63,920 nucleotides of DNA, filler included, from Acetivibrio sp. (GCF_035371925.1; 5 parts of 5 records of this genome joined end to end with filler, not necessarily neighbours in it); one strand, 5' to 3'; positions 48,673 to 59,676 are shown, numbered from the whole stretch's first letter. Notes: generated by a model not told the origin, from the sequence alone. Numbers and translations are program-made.

Positions 48673-50406
48673 ATGAAAATGAGTCTTAAAAAGCCGGGGG
48701 ATGGCATGGTTATAAACAAAAGAGTCAATATAAAAAGATATAAAGAAATAATATCTGTCTTTGCAAAACATGGCTTTGGGCTGTTGTTTGATCAGCTGGG
48801 GATTTTTGACTATTTAAAGATGGGAAAAAAGATTGCGGCGGATGAGGGAGAGGTTGACAGCGCAAGGCTTTCCATGGGTGAGCGGATTCGGCTGTCATGT
48901 GAAGAGCTCGGACCGACCTTTGTAAAGATGGGACAGATACTCAGTACAAGACCCGATGTTATTCCGTCCGACATTATTGAAGAACTAAAAAAGCTTCAGG
49001 ATTCTGTGCATCCTTTTTCCTTTGATGAAGTTAGGACAGTTATAGAAAGCGAGTTTGAAGACAAACTGGAAAATATCTACATGGAGTTTGAAAAGGAGCC
49101 CATTGCTGCGGCTTCCATATCCCAAGTTCACTGTGCAAAATTAAAATCTGGAGAGAAGGTTGCGGTTAAAGTACAGAGGCCCGGTATAGAGAGAAACATA
49201 GCGTTGGATCTAAATATTTTAAAGGACCTTGCGCATTTTATCGAAAATCACACCAAATACGGAAAGATTTATGACCTTGTCGGGATGGTAGTGGATTTTG
49301 AAAACACGATAAAAAACGAACTGGATTTTACCAAAGAGGGAGAAAATGCCGAGACTTTCAGGAAGAATTTTGCCAAAGAAGGAATTGCAAAAGTTCCCGA
49401 AATTAAATGGACGTATACCACAAGACGTGTGCTTACAATGGAGTACGTTGAAGGTATCGAGATTGATGATACAAGCAAATTGGAGAAGGCGGGGATTGAC
49501 AAGGTTGAGCTGGCCAAAAAACTTGCCACGTCAATATGCAATCAAATTTTAACCGATGGTTTTTACCATGCCGACCCCCACCCGGGAAACATCAGAGTTC
49601 TTCCGGACGGTACGATAGTTTTTTTGGATTTGGGGATGGTGGGAAGTATCGGTGAGTCCCGAAAGAAAAGCATATCGGACTTCTTCATAGGTGTCTCCAC
49701 CAAAAACAGCAAAATAGTTGCCCGGTCAATTGTTGACCTGGGAGAAATGTCGGATAGACGTAATCTAAAAAGGTTTGAAAAAGACATTGACAGAATGATT
49801 GATAAATATATTACCATGCCTTGGAGTGAAATAAAGGTTGTTGACCTGTTTTATGAGGTGTTTAATATTGCTTTTGTAAATGAGATAAGAATACCCCGCG
49901 AATTTGCCATGCTGGCCAAAACCCTTGGTACTGCTCAGGGAGTCTTGGAAAAGCTGGCCCCGGACCTGAACACCATAGAAATTGCAAAACCTATTGCAAA
50001 GAAGCTTATGTATAAGTCTTTCTCTATAAAAAATGTTACCGACAGCATAAAAAAGAATGCTCTAAATTACCGGGATGTGGCAGACCTGTTCAACGAAATT
50101 CCGTCCATTGTCTTGGGCATTTTGGAAAAATTCGAAGACAGGGATTACACCCTTCAGCTGGGAATTAAAGATATTGACAAAATTATGAAGAGGCTTGACA
50201 GGAATTTTAACCGAATGTCTTTAAGCGTGGTACTTCTTGCCGTAAGCATTATCATTACGGGTATTATAATAGGCTCCAGCCAGAGTGCAAGCCCGGGAAG
50301 CGAAATGTATTTTGTGAATGTTACGGCCCTTAGGATTGGGCTTGGAGTCGTAGTGGCCATTATATTGGGTCTCATTGTTTCCATGTTTCGGTCAAACCGC
50401 TTCTGA
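48673..50406 (+). CDS. ABC1/UbiB (AarF) family atypical kinase
   Basis: LGPTFVKMGQ, AASISQVH, VAVKVQRP, HADPHPGN, DLG; two C-terminal TMs. Confidence 0.92.
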   Translation: MKMSLKKPGDGMVINKRVNIKRYKEIISVFAKHGFGLLFDQLGIFDYLKMGKKIAADEGEVDSARLSMGERIRLSCEELGPTFVKMGQILSTRPDVIPSDIIEELKKLQDSVHPFSFDEVRTVIESEFEDKLENIYMEFEKEPIAAASISQVHCAKLKSGEKVAVKVQRPGIERNIALDLNILKDLAHFIENHTKYGKIYDLVGMVVDFENTIKNELDFTKEGENAETFRKNFAKEGIAKVPEIKWTYTTRRVLTMEYVEGIEIDDTSKLEKAGIDKVELAKKLATSICNQILTDGFYHADPHPGNIRVLPDGTIVFLDLGMVGSIGESRKKSISDFFIGVSTKNSKIVARSIVDLGEMSDRRNLKRFEKDIDRMIDKYITMPWSEIKVVDLFYEVFNIAFVNEIRIPREFAMLAKTLGTAQGVLEKLAPDLNTIEIAKPIAKKLMYKSFSIKNVTDSIKKNALNYRDVADLFNEIPSIVLGILEKFEDRDYTLQLGIKDIDKIMKRLDRNFNRMSLSVVLLAVSIIITGIIIGSSQSASPGSEMYFVNVTALRIGLGVVVAIILGLIVSMFRSNRF

Positions 50407-50407
50407 T

Positions 50408-50812
50408 TTATGTTTTTTTCTTAAATTCAGTTTTGCATTTGGGACAGGTAATAATAATTGTTCCCTTGCCCTTGGGTACCCTAAGCTGGGCTTTGCAAGC
50501 GGGACATGAGAAATATCTGTGGGTTTTTGCATCCCTGATACGGATTGTTATATTGTTTGATGCCTTCTTAAACCATGCAGTAAAGGAATCCATAAACATT
50601 ACAAATTTATAATTTTCCATCCTGCGCCGAGTTATATTTTTTGACAGTATTCTATAAATACTTATAGCCAGCGGAATATAGCCAATCAGGGCAAATACCG
50701 GCATTTTCAGCAGATTGCCGGTAAAGTTCAATATTATGAAGAGAATTATTAAAAATATGGAGAGACGGTCGCTGCCATACCTTTCCCTCATGAATGTTCT
50801 TAGCCAATTCAT
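50408..50812 (-). CDS. Membrane protein with C-terminal zinc ribbon
   Basis: RYGSDRLS, two TMs, CPAC...LRVPKGKG...CPKC. Confidence 0.8.
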   Translation of the reverse strand: MNWLRTFMRERYGSDRLSIFLIILFIILNFTGNLLKMPVFALIGYIPLAISIYRILSKNITRRRMENYKFVMFMDSFTAWFKKASNNITIRIRDAKTHRYFSCPACKAQLRVPKGKGTIIITCPKCKTEFKKKT

Positions 50813-50879
50813 TTTGCTACCTCCAAATTTTTAGTCTTTCATAAATGATAAATGGAGGGGCGATATGCCCCATCCATTA

Positions 50880-53474
50880 TTATGCTTTTTTTACCGAGGA
50901 CATAACGAACTTGACTATTTCCACAATAGGAATAATTGCAAAAGCCAAAGCAAATGAAACAAGGAATTCTTTACCTGAAAGCGGAGTCAGCTTGAATATA
51001 TCGTTTATGCCCGGCACATATATTACAAACAGCGATAAAGCGAAAGCTACCACCATTGCGGCGAATAAAACCATGTTACGGGTTTTCAATCTGAAAATGG
51101 ATTTTGTCATTGACCTTAAGTTTAGCGATTGGAAAACCTCACATGTGGACATTGTCAAGAACGCCATTGTCATTCCGGTAATATGGGATTTGCTGTTGCC
51201 GATAAAGTAGGATATCAACGTTAAAGCTGCAATGGCAATACCTTGATATATTACGCTGATTCCCAAGCCGTTTGCGAAAATCCCTTCTTTTGTGCTTCGA
51301 GGAGGCCTTTTCATAATGTCGTCTTCTGCTTCTTCCATACCCAATGCTATGGCCGGCAGGGAGTCGGTTACAAGGTTGATCCACAGGATATGTATGGGTG
51401 AAAACAGTATAAATCCTCTGAGGGTTGCTATGAACAATGCAATTACTTCGCTTAAGTTTGAAGATAACAGGAACTGTATGGATTTACGGATGTTGTCATA
51501 TATCCTGCGGCCCTCCTCAACTGCGTAGACAATCGAAGCAAAGTTGTCGTCAGCAAGAACCATATCGGATACATTCTTGGTAACGTCTGTACCGGTAATT
51601 CCCATGCCAACGCCTATGTCGGCGGATTTTAGGGCAGGGGCGTCATTAACGCCGTCTCCCGTCATTGCAGTAATCTTGCCGCGTTTTCTCCATGCATTTA
51701 CGATTCGTACCTTGTGCTCAGGCTGTACGCGGGCATATACGGAATAATCTTTAACTTTTTCTTCAAAATCACTGTCGGATATTTCGGACAATTCTGCTCC
51801 GGTAATTGCCTGGCTTTCATCGGATATAATGCCCAGCTCCTTTGCAATGGCAACGGCTGTGTCTTTGTGGTCTCCGGTAATCATAATAGGACGTATGCCG
51901 GCATTGCGGCATTTCTCGATTGCCGCTTTTACTTCCGGACGAACGGGGTCAATCATGCCTGCAAGGCCAATAAATGTCAAATCCCGCTCCAGGCTTTCCG
52001 GAGATGTATTGGCGGGCAAGGAATCTGTCTCTTTCATAGCCGATGCCAATACACGAAGGGCTTTATTCGCCATTCTTTTGTTTTCGTTAAGAATTTCGGT
52101 GCGGTGTTTGTCTGTCAAAGGAACCACGCCATCTTTTGTGATTATGTGGGTGCAGTTTTTCAAAAGCTCATCGGGTGCTCCCTTTGTATACTGAATGAAT
52201 TTACCGTCTTGGTTCTTGTGGACTGTGGACATCATTTTTCTAACCGAATCGAAGGGGGCTTCTGCAACTCTGGGCATAGCCTTTTCCAATTCGTTTTTAT
52301 TGATGCCCATATCAAAAGCATAGCGTACAAGGGCGCTTTCTGTAGGCTCACCGATTACTTCGCCGTTTTCTTGCGACAAAGCGGCATCGTTGCAAAGAGC
52401 CATGGAGACAGCGAGCTTTTGCACATCACCAAAGGAATCTACGACTGTCATTTTATTCTGGGTCAGAGTACCTGTCTTGTCGGAACAGATAATTTGTGTA
52501 CATCCCAAGGTCTCAACAGCGGTAAGCTTACGGATGATGGAATTGCGTTTGGACATTTTTGTGACACCGATGGAAAGAACAACGGTGACAACCGCTACCA
52601 AACCTTCCGGAATTGCGGCAACAGCCAGACTGATTGCCAGCAAAAACATTTCCAGAACATTGTTTCCTGAAAAACCTCCGTTCCTTAATACTCCAAAGAC
52701 AAATATGAATACGCAAATCCCCAGTACACCCACGCTAAGCACTTTGCTCAACTCTGCAAGTTTCTTTTGCAGCGGTGTTTTTTCTTCATCTGTGCTGGAA
52801 ATAATGTTTGCGATTTTTCCCATTTCTGTTGACATTCCGGTGCTTACTACAACACCTTCACCGCGGCCGTACACAACATTGGTGCCCATGTAAGCCATGT
52901 TGCGGCGGTCACTGAGAGGAATGTCCTTATCCGATGAAGGTATAACATCGGCTGATTTTTCAATGGGTACCGATTCTCCAGTAAGGGATGCCTCTTCAAT
53001 TTTAAGGCTTGAAGCTTCAATAATTCTTATATCTGCAGGAACAGCATCACCCGCTTCAATAAGAACTATATCCCCGGGTACAATTTCTTCGGACTTGATT
53101 TGCATTACCTTACCGTTTCTCCTGACTTTTGAGTAAGGAGACGACATTTTCTGCAGGGCCTCAATGGCTTTTTCGGCCTTTCCTTCCTGCACTACACCCA
53201 GTATTGAGTTTACAATTACAACCATCAGTATGATGATTGAATCGGCCGGCTCTCCGGCCAAACCTGAAATAATTGCCGCTACAATTAAAACTATGATCAT
53301 AGGGTCTTTTAACTGGTCTAGAAATTTGGCAATTACTGATTTTTTCTTGCCTTCATCCAGCTTGTTAGGACCATATTTTTCAAGCCGCTGCGCAGCTTCT
53401 TTTGATTCAATACCGTTTTTGGAGCTTTCCAACTGTTTTAGAACGGTTTCAATGCTTTCAAAATAGTGTTTCAT
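50880..53474 (-). CDS. P-type II (Ca2+-type) cation-transporting ATPase
   Basis: TGES, IPEGL, DKTGTLT, TGD, GDGVND. Confidence 0.95.
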   Translation of the reverse strand: MKHYFESIETVLKQLESSKNGIESKEAAQRLEKYGPNKLDEGKKKSVIAKFLDQLKDPMIIVLIVAAIISGLAGEPADSIIILMVVIVNSILGVVQEGKAEKAIEALQKMSSPYSKVRRNGKVMQIKSEEIVPGDIVLIEAGDAVPADIRIIEASSLKIEEASLTGESVPIEKSADVIPSSDKDIPLSDRRNMAYMGTNVVYGRGEGVVVSTGMSTEMGKIANIISSTDEEKTPLQKKLAELSKVLSVGVLGICVFIFVFGVLRNGGFSGNNVLEMFLLAISLAVAAIPEGLVAVVTVVLSIGVTKMSKRNSIIRKLTAVETLGCTQIICSDKTGTLTQNKMTVVDSFGDVQKLAVSMALCNDAALSQENGEVIGEPTESALVRYAFDMGINKNELEKAMPRVAEAPFDSVRKMMSTVHKNQDGKFIQYTKGAPDELLKNCTHIITKDGVVPLTDKHRTEILNENKRMANKALRVLASAMKETDSLPANTSPESLERDLTFIGLAGMIDPVRPEVKAAIEKCRNAGIRPIMITGDHKDTAVAIAKELGIISDESQAITGAELSEISDSDFEEKVKDYSVYARVQPEHKVRIVNAWRKRGKITAMTGDGVNDAPALKSADIGVGMGITGTDVTKNVSDMVLADDNFASIVYAVEEGRRIYDNIRKSIQFLLSSNLSEVIALFIATLRGFILFSPIHILWINLVTDSLPAIALGMEEAEDDIMKRPPRSTKEGIFANGLGISVIYQGIAIAALTLISYFIGNSKSHITGMTMAFLTMSTCEVFQSLNLRSMTKSIFRLKTRNMVLFAAMVVAFALSLFVIYVPGINDIFKLTPLSGKEFLVSFALAFAIIPIVEIVKFVMSSVKKA

Positions 53475-53635
53475 TTTCCACGTCCTTTCCTTATTATTAT
53501 TTTATTTTGGTTATTATTTATTAGCGCATTCTAAATTAGCCGGCATATATTATATCTTGCAATTCGGCTAACAATTATCTTTACAAATAATTTATCATGA
53601 TATAAGATTTAAAAAAACCAATATTTTTAACTAAG

Positions 53636-53681
53636 TGTCCGGTTTTTACACAGATTGCCCAAAGTGTGTAATTTTCGGACA
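53636..53681. promoter_or_regulatory. Inverted repeat between divergent ATPase and TetR genes, candidate operator
   Basis: TGTCCG-n4-TTACACA-12 nt-TGTGTAA-n4-CGGACA. Confidence 0.55.
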
Positions 53682-53711
53682 GATTGTGATAAATGTTCGT
53701 GTATGAGGTGA

Positions 53712-54275
53712 TTGATTATGGCAAAGCCTGAGCTTACCAAACAGCTGATAGCCCAAACATTAAAGAAGCTTATGCTAAATACCACGCTGGACAAAATAAG
53801 CGTTCAAGAAATTGTGGATGCTTGCGGTCTTAATCGCAAAACTTTTTATTATCATTTTCAAGATAAACAGGATTTGGTTTGCTGGATTTTTGACACCGAG
53901 TTTGCAAGTCTTACAGATGTTAACCATGACAATTCGGTATTGGATGAGCTTGTGGAGCACTTGTATGAAAACAGGGACTTTTATGTTGCAGCCTTAACTT
54001 CAAATGTGCAGAACAATCTTAGCGAGCATTTTTTCAGGATTATTTATGAGTCTGTCAAGGAAAAAACTGAAGAAGTGCTGGGGGAAAATAAAATTGCACC
54101 GGCTGAATTCGATATGATTGTAAATTATTTTACCAATGCAATTGTGGGGAGTATAACCCAATGGGCGAGGGGCGGAATGAAGAGTCCTCCTTATGAATAC
54201 AGTACCAGCTTTTATCCGCTGACGGAGGAATGTCTGAGGTTTATTCTGGAGAAGAAGGTTAAGAAGCAGAAATAG
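53712..54275 (+). CDS. TetR/AcrR-family regulator (DhaS-like, TetR_C_8-type C-terminus)
   Basis: KISVQEIVDACGLNRKTFYYHFQDK helix-turn-helix. Confidence 0.9.
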   Translation: MIMAKPELTKQLIAQTLKKLMLNTTLDKISVQEIVDACGLNRKTFYYHFQDKQDLVCWIFDTEFASLTDVNHDNSVLDELVEHLYENRDFYVAALTSNVQNNLSEHFFRIIYESVKEKTEEVLGENKIAPAEFDMIVNYFTNAIVGSITQWARGGMKSPPYEYSTSFYPLTEECLRFILEKKVKKQK

Positions 54276-54281
54276 TGATGA

Positions 54282-54692
54282 AATTTTTGCAACGGAAAAG
54301 TAATTAAAAATGGTGTGGATACGATTGGAGTTTCACCATCGCAAGATTCAGGAACGGCCGACTTTATAATAAATGGGTTGGAAGTCTAATTTGTTGGCTG
54401 GGGCGATGGCACAACAACCGAAATAACCGATTATTCTGCCAATAATATTAATGCAACTGGCTTTAGTTATTGCTTTTATGCTTGCAACGCTTTAGAGGAA
54501 ATTCCTGGAAATCTGTTTGAAAACAATATTAATGCCGCAGATTTCAGTTATTGCTTTGCCAATTGCGAAGCTTTAACAGGCCTGGCACCGGAACTGTGGC
54601 TGCGTGAAAATTTAACGGGTAACTCTTGTTTTTATAACTGTACCAAGTTATCGAACTATGAAGATATTCCGGCAGCGTGGAAGGATAATTAA
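54282..54692 (+). pseudogene. Relic of a PKD-like/BspA-type repeat protein (phage-structural or surface type)
   Basis: One frame with internal TAA at 54387-54389: V*FVGWGDGTTTE...FSYCFYACNALEEIPGNLFENNINAADFSYCFANCEALTG...NYEDIPAAWKDN. Confidence 0.7.
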
Positions 54693-54714
54693 AGAATAAG
54701 GCGAAGCACAGAAT

Positions 54715-54755
54715 AAATGGTATGGGCAGTCTTTAGGCTGTTCATACCATTTTAA
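54715..54755 (+). terminator. Intrinsic terminator
   Basis: AAATGGTATG...CATACCATTT. Confidence 0.7.
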
Positions 54756-54965
54756 TTTGGCCTCTTGGAATGAAATGAAAGAGGCAAAAGCGAAGGGACT
54801 CGATGTCTCGAGCTTTTGATTTCAAACTGACAGAATGGAAAAGCACAAAAAACGTAGAAAGAGAATAGAAATGTAAAAAGACCAAAAATACTAAAAATTT
54901 TTGATTTAAACCCCGTTTCTTTTGCAGTTATAGTTTAAAAGAAAAATTACCAAAGGCAATAATAC

Positions 54966-55065
54966 NNNNNNNNNNNNNNNNNNNNNNNNNNNNNNNNNNN
55001 NNNNNNNNNTTAATTAATTAANNNNNNNNNNNNNNNNNNNNNNNNNNNNNNNNNNNNNNNNNNNN
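54966..55065. other. Artificial contig linker
   Basis: N44-TTAATTAATTAA-N44. Confidence 0.98.
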
Positions 55066-55117
55066 GCCTGGCATCTTCTTTTTCAAAGATCATTTTGTTT
55101 CATTACAGGAATGCTCC

Positions 55118-55873
55118 TTACTCAATCGCCTCACCGATATAAATTGAAGTCAGAAATGCAAATACATAAGCCTGCAGGATACCGTCAAACAAATCAAAAT
55201 ATATACTTAAAAACGCCGGTAAAACAGCCGGTAATGCAAAATACACAAGCTCCATGATAATTACGGCACCCAAAATATTTCCAAACATACGAAAGCACAA
55301 AGATACAGGTCTTATCACGTAGTCAAGCATCTTAAAAGGAAGCATCAGGGGCACAGGTTCCACAAAGCTCTTTAACCAACCCCGCATCTTCTTTACCTTT
55401 ATTCCGGCCAAGGCCACCGCCACCATTGACATCAATGCCAACGTCAATGTTACGTTTACATCCTTAGTAGGAGGCCTTATGGCAAAATTCAAATCCTTAA
55501 AGTATTCAATTCCCGTCCAGTGATAAATATCTTCACTTGAAGGTATGACATTAAAAATAGCTATTATATTTGAAACAACCAAAAACATCAAAACAGTACC
55601 TATATATGGGGCAAACAGCTTCCCGTTGTGTCCCATGGAGTCATTTGCAAAATTGTATACAAACTCCACAATGACCTCAACTACACTTTGCTTACCCTCC
55701 GGGATTGTCTTAAGCTTTCTTGTGAAAACAAGAGAAAAAATTATAAGAGCCGCCATCACAATCCACATCATGACCACCGAATCGGTAATTGACATATCAA
55801 AGCCAAAAACAGAAATGTCAATGAGTTTATTTGGCTTTATTAATTTCTGTAATTCGCTTGCAAACTCTCCCAT
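55118..55873 (-). CDS. atpB: F0F1 ATP synthase subunit a
   Basis: PPTKDVN, PVSLCFRMFGNI, FDGILQAYVF. Confidence 0.95.
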   Translation of the reverse strand: MGEFASELQKLIKPNKLIDISVFGFDMSITDSVVMMWIVMAALIIFSLVFTRKLKTIPEGKQSVVEVIVEFVYNFANDSMGHNGKLFAPYIGTVLMFLVVSNIIAIFNVIPSSEDIYHWTGIEYFKDLNFAIRPPTKDVNVTLTLALMSMVAVALAGIKVKKMRGWLKSFVEPVPLMLPFKMLDYVIRPVSLCFRMFGNILGAVIIMELVYFALPAVLPAFLSIYFDLFDGILQAYVFAFLTSIYIGEAIE

Positions 55874-56153
55874 CCAAATTCGCCTTCTTATTTAACCTAA
55901 TTTTATGTATTCTTACTTAAGTTATTATCGTCACATTTTACTTATATATTATAACAAATATAAAAAAATATATTAAAAAACGCCAACAAGCTCATCGTTT
56001 CGGCTTCTTCGGCAAAACTCTTAAATATACATAAATGTATTCAGCTGTAATTAAATAACAATCATCTCAATGTTTAAAAAGATATTATCACAGAGTTATT
56101 TTCTATTCAATAGCTATTTTAAGCAAATTAAATCTATTTTTTACCTCTATAGT

Positions 56154-57308
56154 TTATATTTTAACACTAAATCCCTCAGGCTTTGTTTTTGACAATCCGA
56201 ATTCAAATAAGAGCGCCTTAACGATTCTCTCGGAAGCAAAACCATCTCCGTAGGGGTTAACCGCTTTTGCCATTTTGTCGTATTCTTTCTCGTTTATTAA
56301 AAGCTCCTCAGTCAAACGTATAATGTTTTCTCTTTCGGTTCCTGCAAGTTTAACCGTACCGGCCTTTACCGCCTCCGGCCTTTCTGTCTCGTTCCTTAGC
56401 ACCAGCACGGGTTTGCCCAGCGACGGAGCCTCTTCCTGAAGTCCTCCGGAATCCGTCATGATAAGATAGGACCTTGCCATCAAATTATGCATATCCTGTA
56501 CATCCAAAGGGTCAATCAAGTGCACTCTCTTGTGGCTTCCGAGAACTTCTTTCGCCACTTCCTGCACCGCAGGGTTTAAGTGCACAGGATATACTATCTG
56601 TACATCGCTAAAACAGTCGGCTATATGTTTTAGAGCCTCGCAAATGTTGCGCAGAGGCTCACCGAGATTTTCCCTTCTATGGGCCGTGACGGTTATAATT
56701 CTCTTACCGAAATCAAGCTTTCCAAGACTCTCATTCGCAAAATTATAGTTTTCCGCCACAGTGGTTTTTATAGCATCAATTACAGTATTTCCGGTTATAT
56801 ATATTTTGCTTTCGTCCACACCTTCCCGGACAAGATTATCCCTGTTGGTCACAGTCGGAGCAAAATGCAAATCGGATATCACGCCGGTAAGCCGCCGGTT
56901 TATTTCCTCGGGATAGGGAAAATATTTATCATAGGTACGAAGTCCTGCCTCCACATGTCCCACGCTGATTTTTTTGTAGAATGCGGCAAGACTTCCCACA
57001 AAGGTAGTGGTAGTATCTCCGTGAACCAGCACTATATCGGGCTTTGCTTTGTCAAGAATAACGCTCAAGCCCTCTAAGGCCCTTGTGGTTATATCTATCA
57101 GTGTTTGTTTATCCTTCATTATGTCAAGGTCGTAATCTGCGTCTATATTAAACATTCCCAGCACCTGATCAAGCATCTGCCTGTGCTGCGCCGTAACGCA
57201 AACAATAGTCTCGATTTGACTGCACTTTTTGAGCTCATTAACCAAAGGCGCCATTTTTATAGCTTCAGGCCTGGTACCGAAAACAGTCATTACTCTTAAT
57301 TTCTTCAA
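56154..57308 (-). CDS. wecB: UDP-N-acetylglucosamine 2-epimerase
   Basis: GTRPEAIK, HVEAGLR, TDSGGLQEEAP. Confidence 0.96.
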   Translation of the reverse strand: MKKLRVMTVFGTRPEAIKMAPLVNELKKCSQIETIVCVTAQHRQMLDQVLGMFNIDADYDLDIMKDKQTLIDITTRALEGLSVILDKAKPDIVLVHGDTTTTFVGSLAAFYKKISVGHVEAGLRTYDKYFPYPEEINRRLTGVISDLHFAPTVTNRDNLVREGVDESKIYITGNTVIDAIKTTVAENYNFANESLGKLDFGKRIITVTAHRRENLGEPLRNICEALKHIADCFSDVQIVYPVHLNPAVQEVAKEVLGSHKRVHLIDPLDVQDMHNLMARSYLIMTDSGGLQEEAPSLGKPVLVLRNETERPEAVKAGTVKLAGTERENIIRLTEELLINEKEYDKMAKAVNPYGDGFASERIVKALLFEFGLSKTKPEGFSVKI

Positions 57309-57327
57309 TTTTTATTCTCCTTGCTGT

Positions 57328-58473
57328 CTACTGTTTTTTCAGGTCTTTAATTTCATTGACAACCGGACTTACAAACTCTTCCTTTGGGCTGTATTTTTCG
57401 GGTATCTCCACATCATCCATTTCCAGCATGTATCTTGCTCCGCCGATTACAAAAGCGGCAACGGTTATTACAAGTATAATGGCACTGACAAAGCCTTTGT
57501 CTGCCAAAACTATGGCACTAAGTCCCAATGCTCCGCTCAAGGAATACATAACCAGCACCGTCTGCTTTTGACTGTATCCCATATCTATGAGCTTGTGATG
57601 CAAATGTCCCCTGTCCGGCTGCATGATAGGCTTTCTGTTCAAAGCCCTTCTAAATATTGTAGATATCGTATCAAACAGCGGAAGTCCCAACACAAGCAGT
57701 GGCACGGCAATCGAAAGGGCCGCATAGGATTTGAGCATGCCTTGTATGGATATAACCGCCAAGGTGAAGCCCAAAAATGTAGCTCCGGTATCACCCATGA
57801 ATATCTTGGCAGGGTTGAAATTGTACGGCAAAAATCCTAAAGTGGCACCTGCCAGCATCACTGTAATAATTGCGCTCCCTGCATCGCCTGTAATAAGTGA
57901 AACAAAGAACAAAGAAAGATATGATATGGATGATATTCCGGCTGCAAGACCATCCAAACCGTCAATCAAATTGATTGCATTGGTCACACCGACTATCCAC
58001 AAAATAGTAAGAGGATAGGAAACAAAATCATTAAACTGGGTCGTGCCCCCTTCTGCAAAGGGGTTTGTAATATTCACAATTCTGATATCCGATATAAATA
58101 CAACCGAAAGAGCAGCAATTATCTGAAAAACCAACTTGAGTTTGGGCCCTAGCTGCTTTATATCGTCAACAATACCAATGCCAACTATAATAAAAGCACC
58201 GATAAGCATTCCCAAAAGCTGCCTAGTCGGCATGATTCCCTTCATATTAAGATATGTACTTAACAATCCAAACAATAATGAAACTATAAAGCCCGTAAAT
58301 ATTGCCAACCCCCCGAGCCTTGCAACAGGCTTTTTATGCATTCTCCTTGCATCCTTCGGCACATCGACAGCACCTACACGAAAGGCTATTTTTTTTGCAA
58401 TCGGTGTAGATGAGAACGCTACAATAAACGCCAATGCAAAGAATATGATATATTCATAAAGCACAATCAACAC
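57328..58473 (-). CDS. tagO: Undecaprenyl-phosphate GlcNAc-1-P transferase (TagO/WecA)
   Basis: GIVDD, NAINLIDGLDGL, FMGDTG, HLHH. Confidence 0.9.
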   Translation of the reverse strand: MLIVLYEYIIFFALAFIVAFSSTPIAKKIAFRVGAVDVPKDARRMHKKPVARLGGLAIFTGFIVSLLFGLLSTYLNMKGIMPTRQLLGMLIGAFIIVGIGIVDDIKQLGPKLKLVFQIIAALSVVFISDIRIVNITNPFAEGGTTQFNDFVSYPLTILWIVGVTNAINLIDGLDGLAAGISSISYLSLFFVSLITGDAGSAIITVMLAGATLGFLPYNFNPAKIFMGDTGATFLGFTLAVISIQGMLKSYAALSIAVPLLVLGLPLFDTISTIFRRALNRKPIMQPDRGHLHHKLIDMGYSQKQTVLVMYSLSGALGLSAIVLADKGFVSAIILVITVAAFVIGGARYMLEMDDVEIPEKYSPKEEFVSPVVNEIKDLKKQ

Positions 58474-58546
58474 CCTCTTTTTTTATTTGTACCCTTAATC
58501 TTTTGTATATAAAATTTGTCTTTCGTTATGCTCCGTAAAATCAATA

Positions 58547-59002
58547 TCAGGTTTTTGTATCGTTTTCAAACCTCACAACTCTGATACCGGCTTCTTTCAA
58601 TATTTCCATGGAAAGTTCGTCCGGATAGTCGCCTTTGAATACAATCTTTTTTATTCCCGCATTTATAGCCATTTTAGCACATAATATACAGGGCTGATTT
58701 GTGACATACAGTGTACCTCCGTTCACACTTGTGCCGGAGTATGCAGCCTGGACAATTGCATTCTGTTCAGCGTGTATCGCCCTGCAAAGCTCGTGCCTCT
58801 GTCCGGAAGGTACTTTGAGTTTCTCCCTGAGACAACCGATCTCACTGCAGTGCTTGCAGCCAACCGGTGCTCCGTTATAGCCTGTTGCAAGAATCCTCTT
58901 GTCCTTGACAATCAAAGCACCAACTTGTCGCCTGAGGCATGTGGACCTGGATTTGATAAGCTCAACTATCTCCATAAAATATTCGTCCCAAGACGGTCTC
59001 AT
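58547..59002 (-). CDS. dCMP/cytidine deaminase family (ComEB-like)
   Basis: [24 protein letters not shown]. Confidence 0.93.
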   Translation of the reverse strand: MRPSWDEYFMEIVELIKSRSTCLRRQVGALIVKDKRILATGYNGAPVGCKHCSEIGCLREKLKVPSGQRHELCRAIHAEQNAIVQAAYSGTSVNGGTLYVTNQPCILCAKMAINAGIKKIVFKGDYPDELSMEILKEAGIRVVRFENDTKT

Positions 59003-59031
59003 AAGCTTTCCCCCGTTAATTGTCAAAAGTC

Positions 59032-59661
59032 TTATTTGGTGCCAAAAAGTCTGTCACCTGCATCTCCCAATCCCGGAATTATATATCCATGGTCATTTAA
59101 TTTATCGTCTACAGCAGCACAATATATTAATACATCCGGATGGTCCTCATTTATTCTCTTTATACCGTCCGAAGATGCAATGAGGCACACCAGCTTTATG
59201 CCGGTTACGCCTTTTTCCTTTAAATATTTTATTGCCGCAGATGCAGAACCGCCGGTCGCAAGCATAGGGTCGAGTACCACAATCTCTCTTTCGGCTATAT
59301 CTGAAGGAAGCTTGCAGTAATACTCCACCGGCTGAAGGGTTTCAGGATCCCTGTACAAACCTATATGTCCCACTCTTGCCATAGGCAAAAGCTTCAGCAT
59401 GCCGTCAACCATACCCAATCCGGCTCTCAGAATCGGAACAAAGCCAAGCTTTTTGCCGGATATAATCTTTGCTTTGGCCACACCGACAGGGGTCTCAATC
59501 TCTACTTCCTTAAGCGGCATATTTCTTGTTACTTCATAACCCATCAACATGGATATTTCGGAAACCAGCTCGCGAAATTCCTTGGTCTGGGTGTTTTTAT
59601 CCCTCAATAATGATATCTTATGCTGAATTAACGGATGTTCCATAACAAAAACATTATTCAT
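59032..59661 (-). CDS. upp: Uracil phosphoribosyltransferase
   Basis: [32 protein letters not shown]. Confidence 0.97.
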   Translation of the reverse strand: MNNVFVMEHPLIQHKISLLRDKNTQTKEFRELVSEISMLMGYEVTRNMPLKEVEIETPVGVAKAKIISGKKLGFVPILRAGLGMVDGMLKLLPMARVGHIGLYRDPETLQPVEYYCKLPSDIAEREIVVLDPMLATGGSASAAIKYLKEKGVTGIKLVCLIASSDGIKRINEDHPDVLIYCAAVDDKLNDHGYIIPGLGDAGDRLFGTK

Positions 59662-59676
59662 AAAATATTATCTCTC

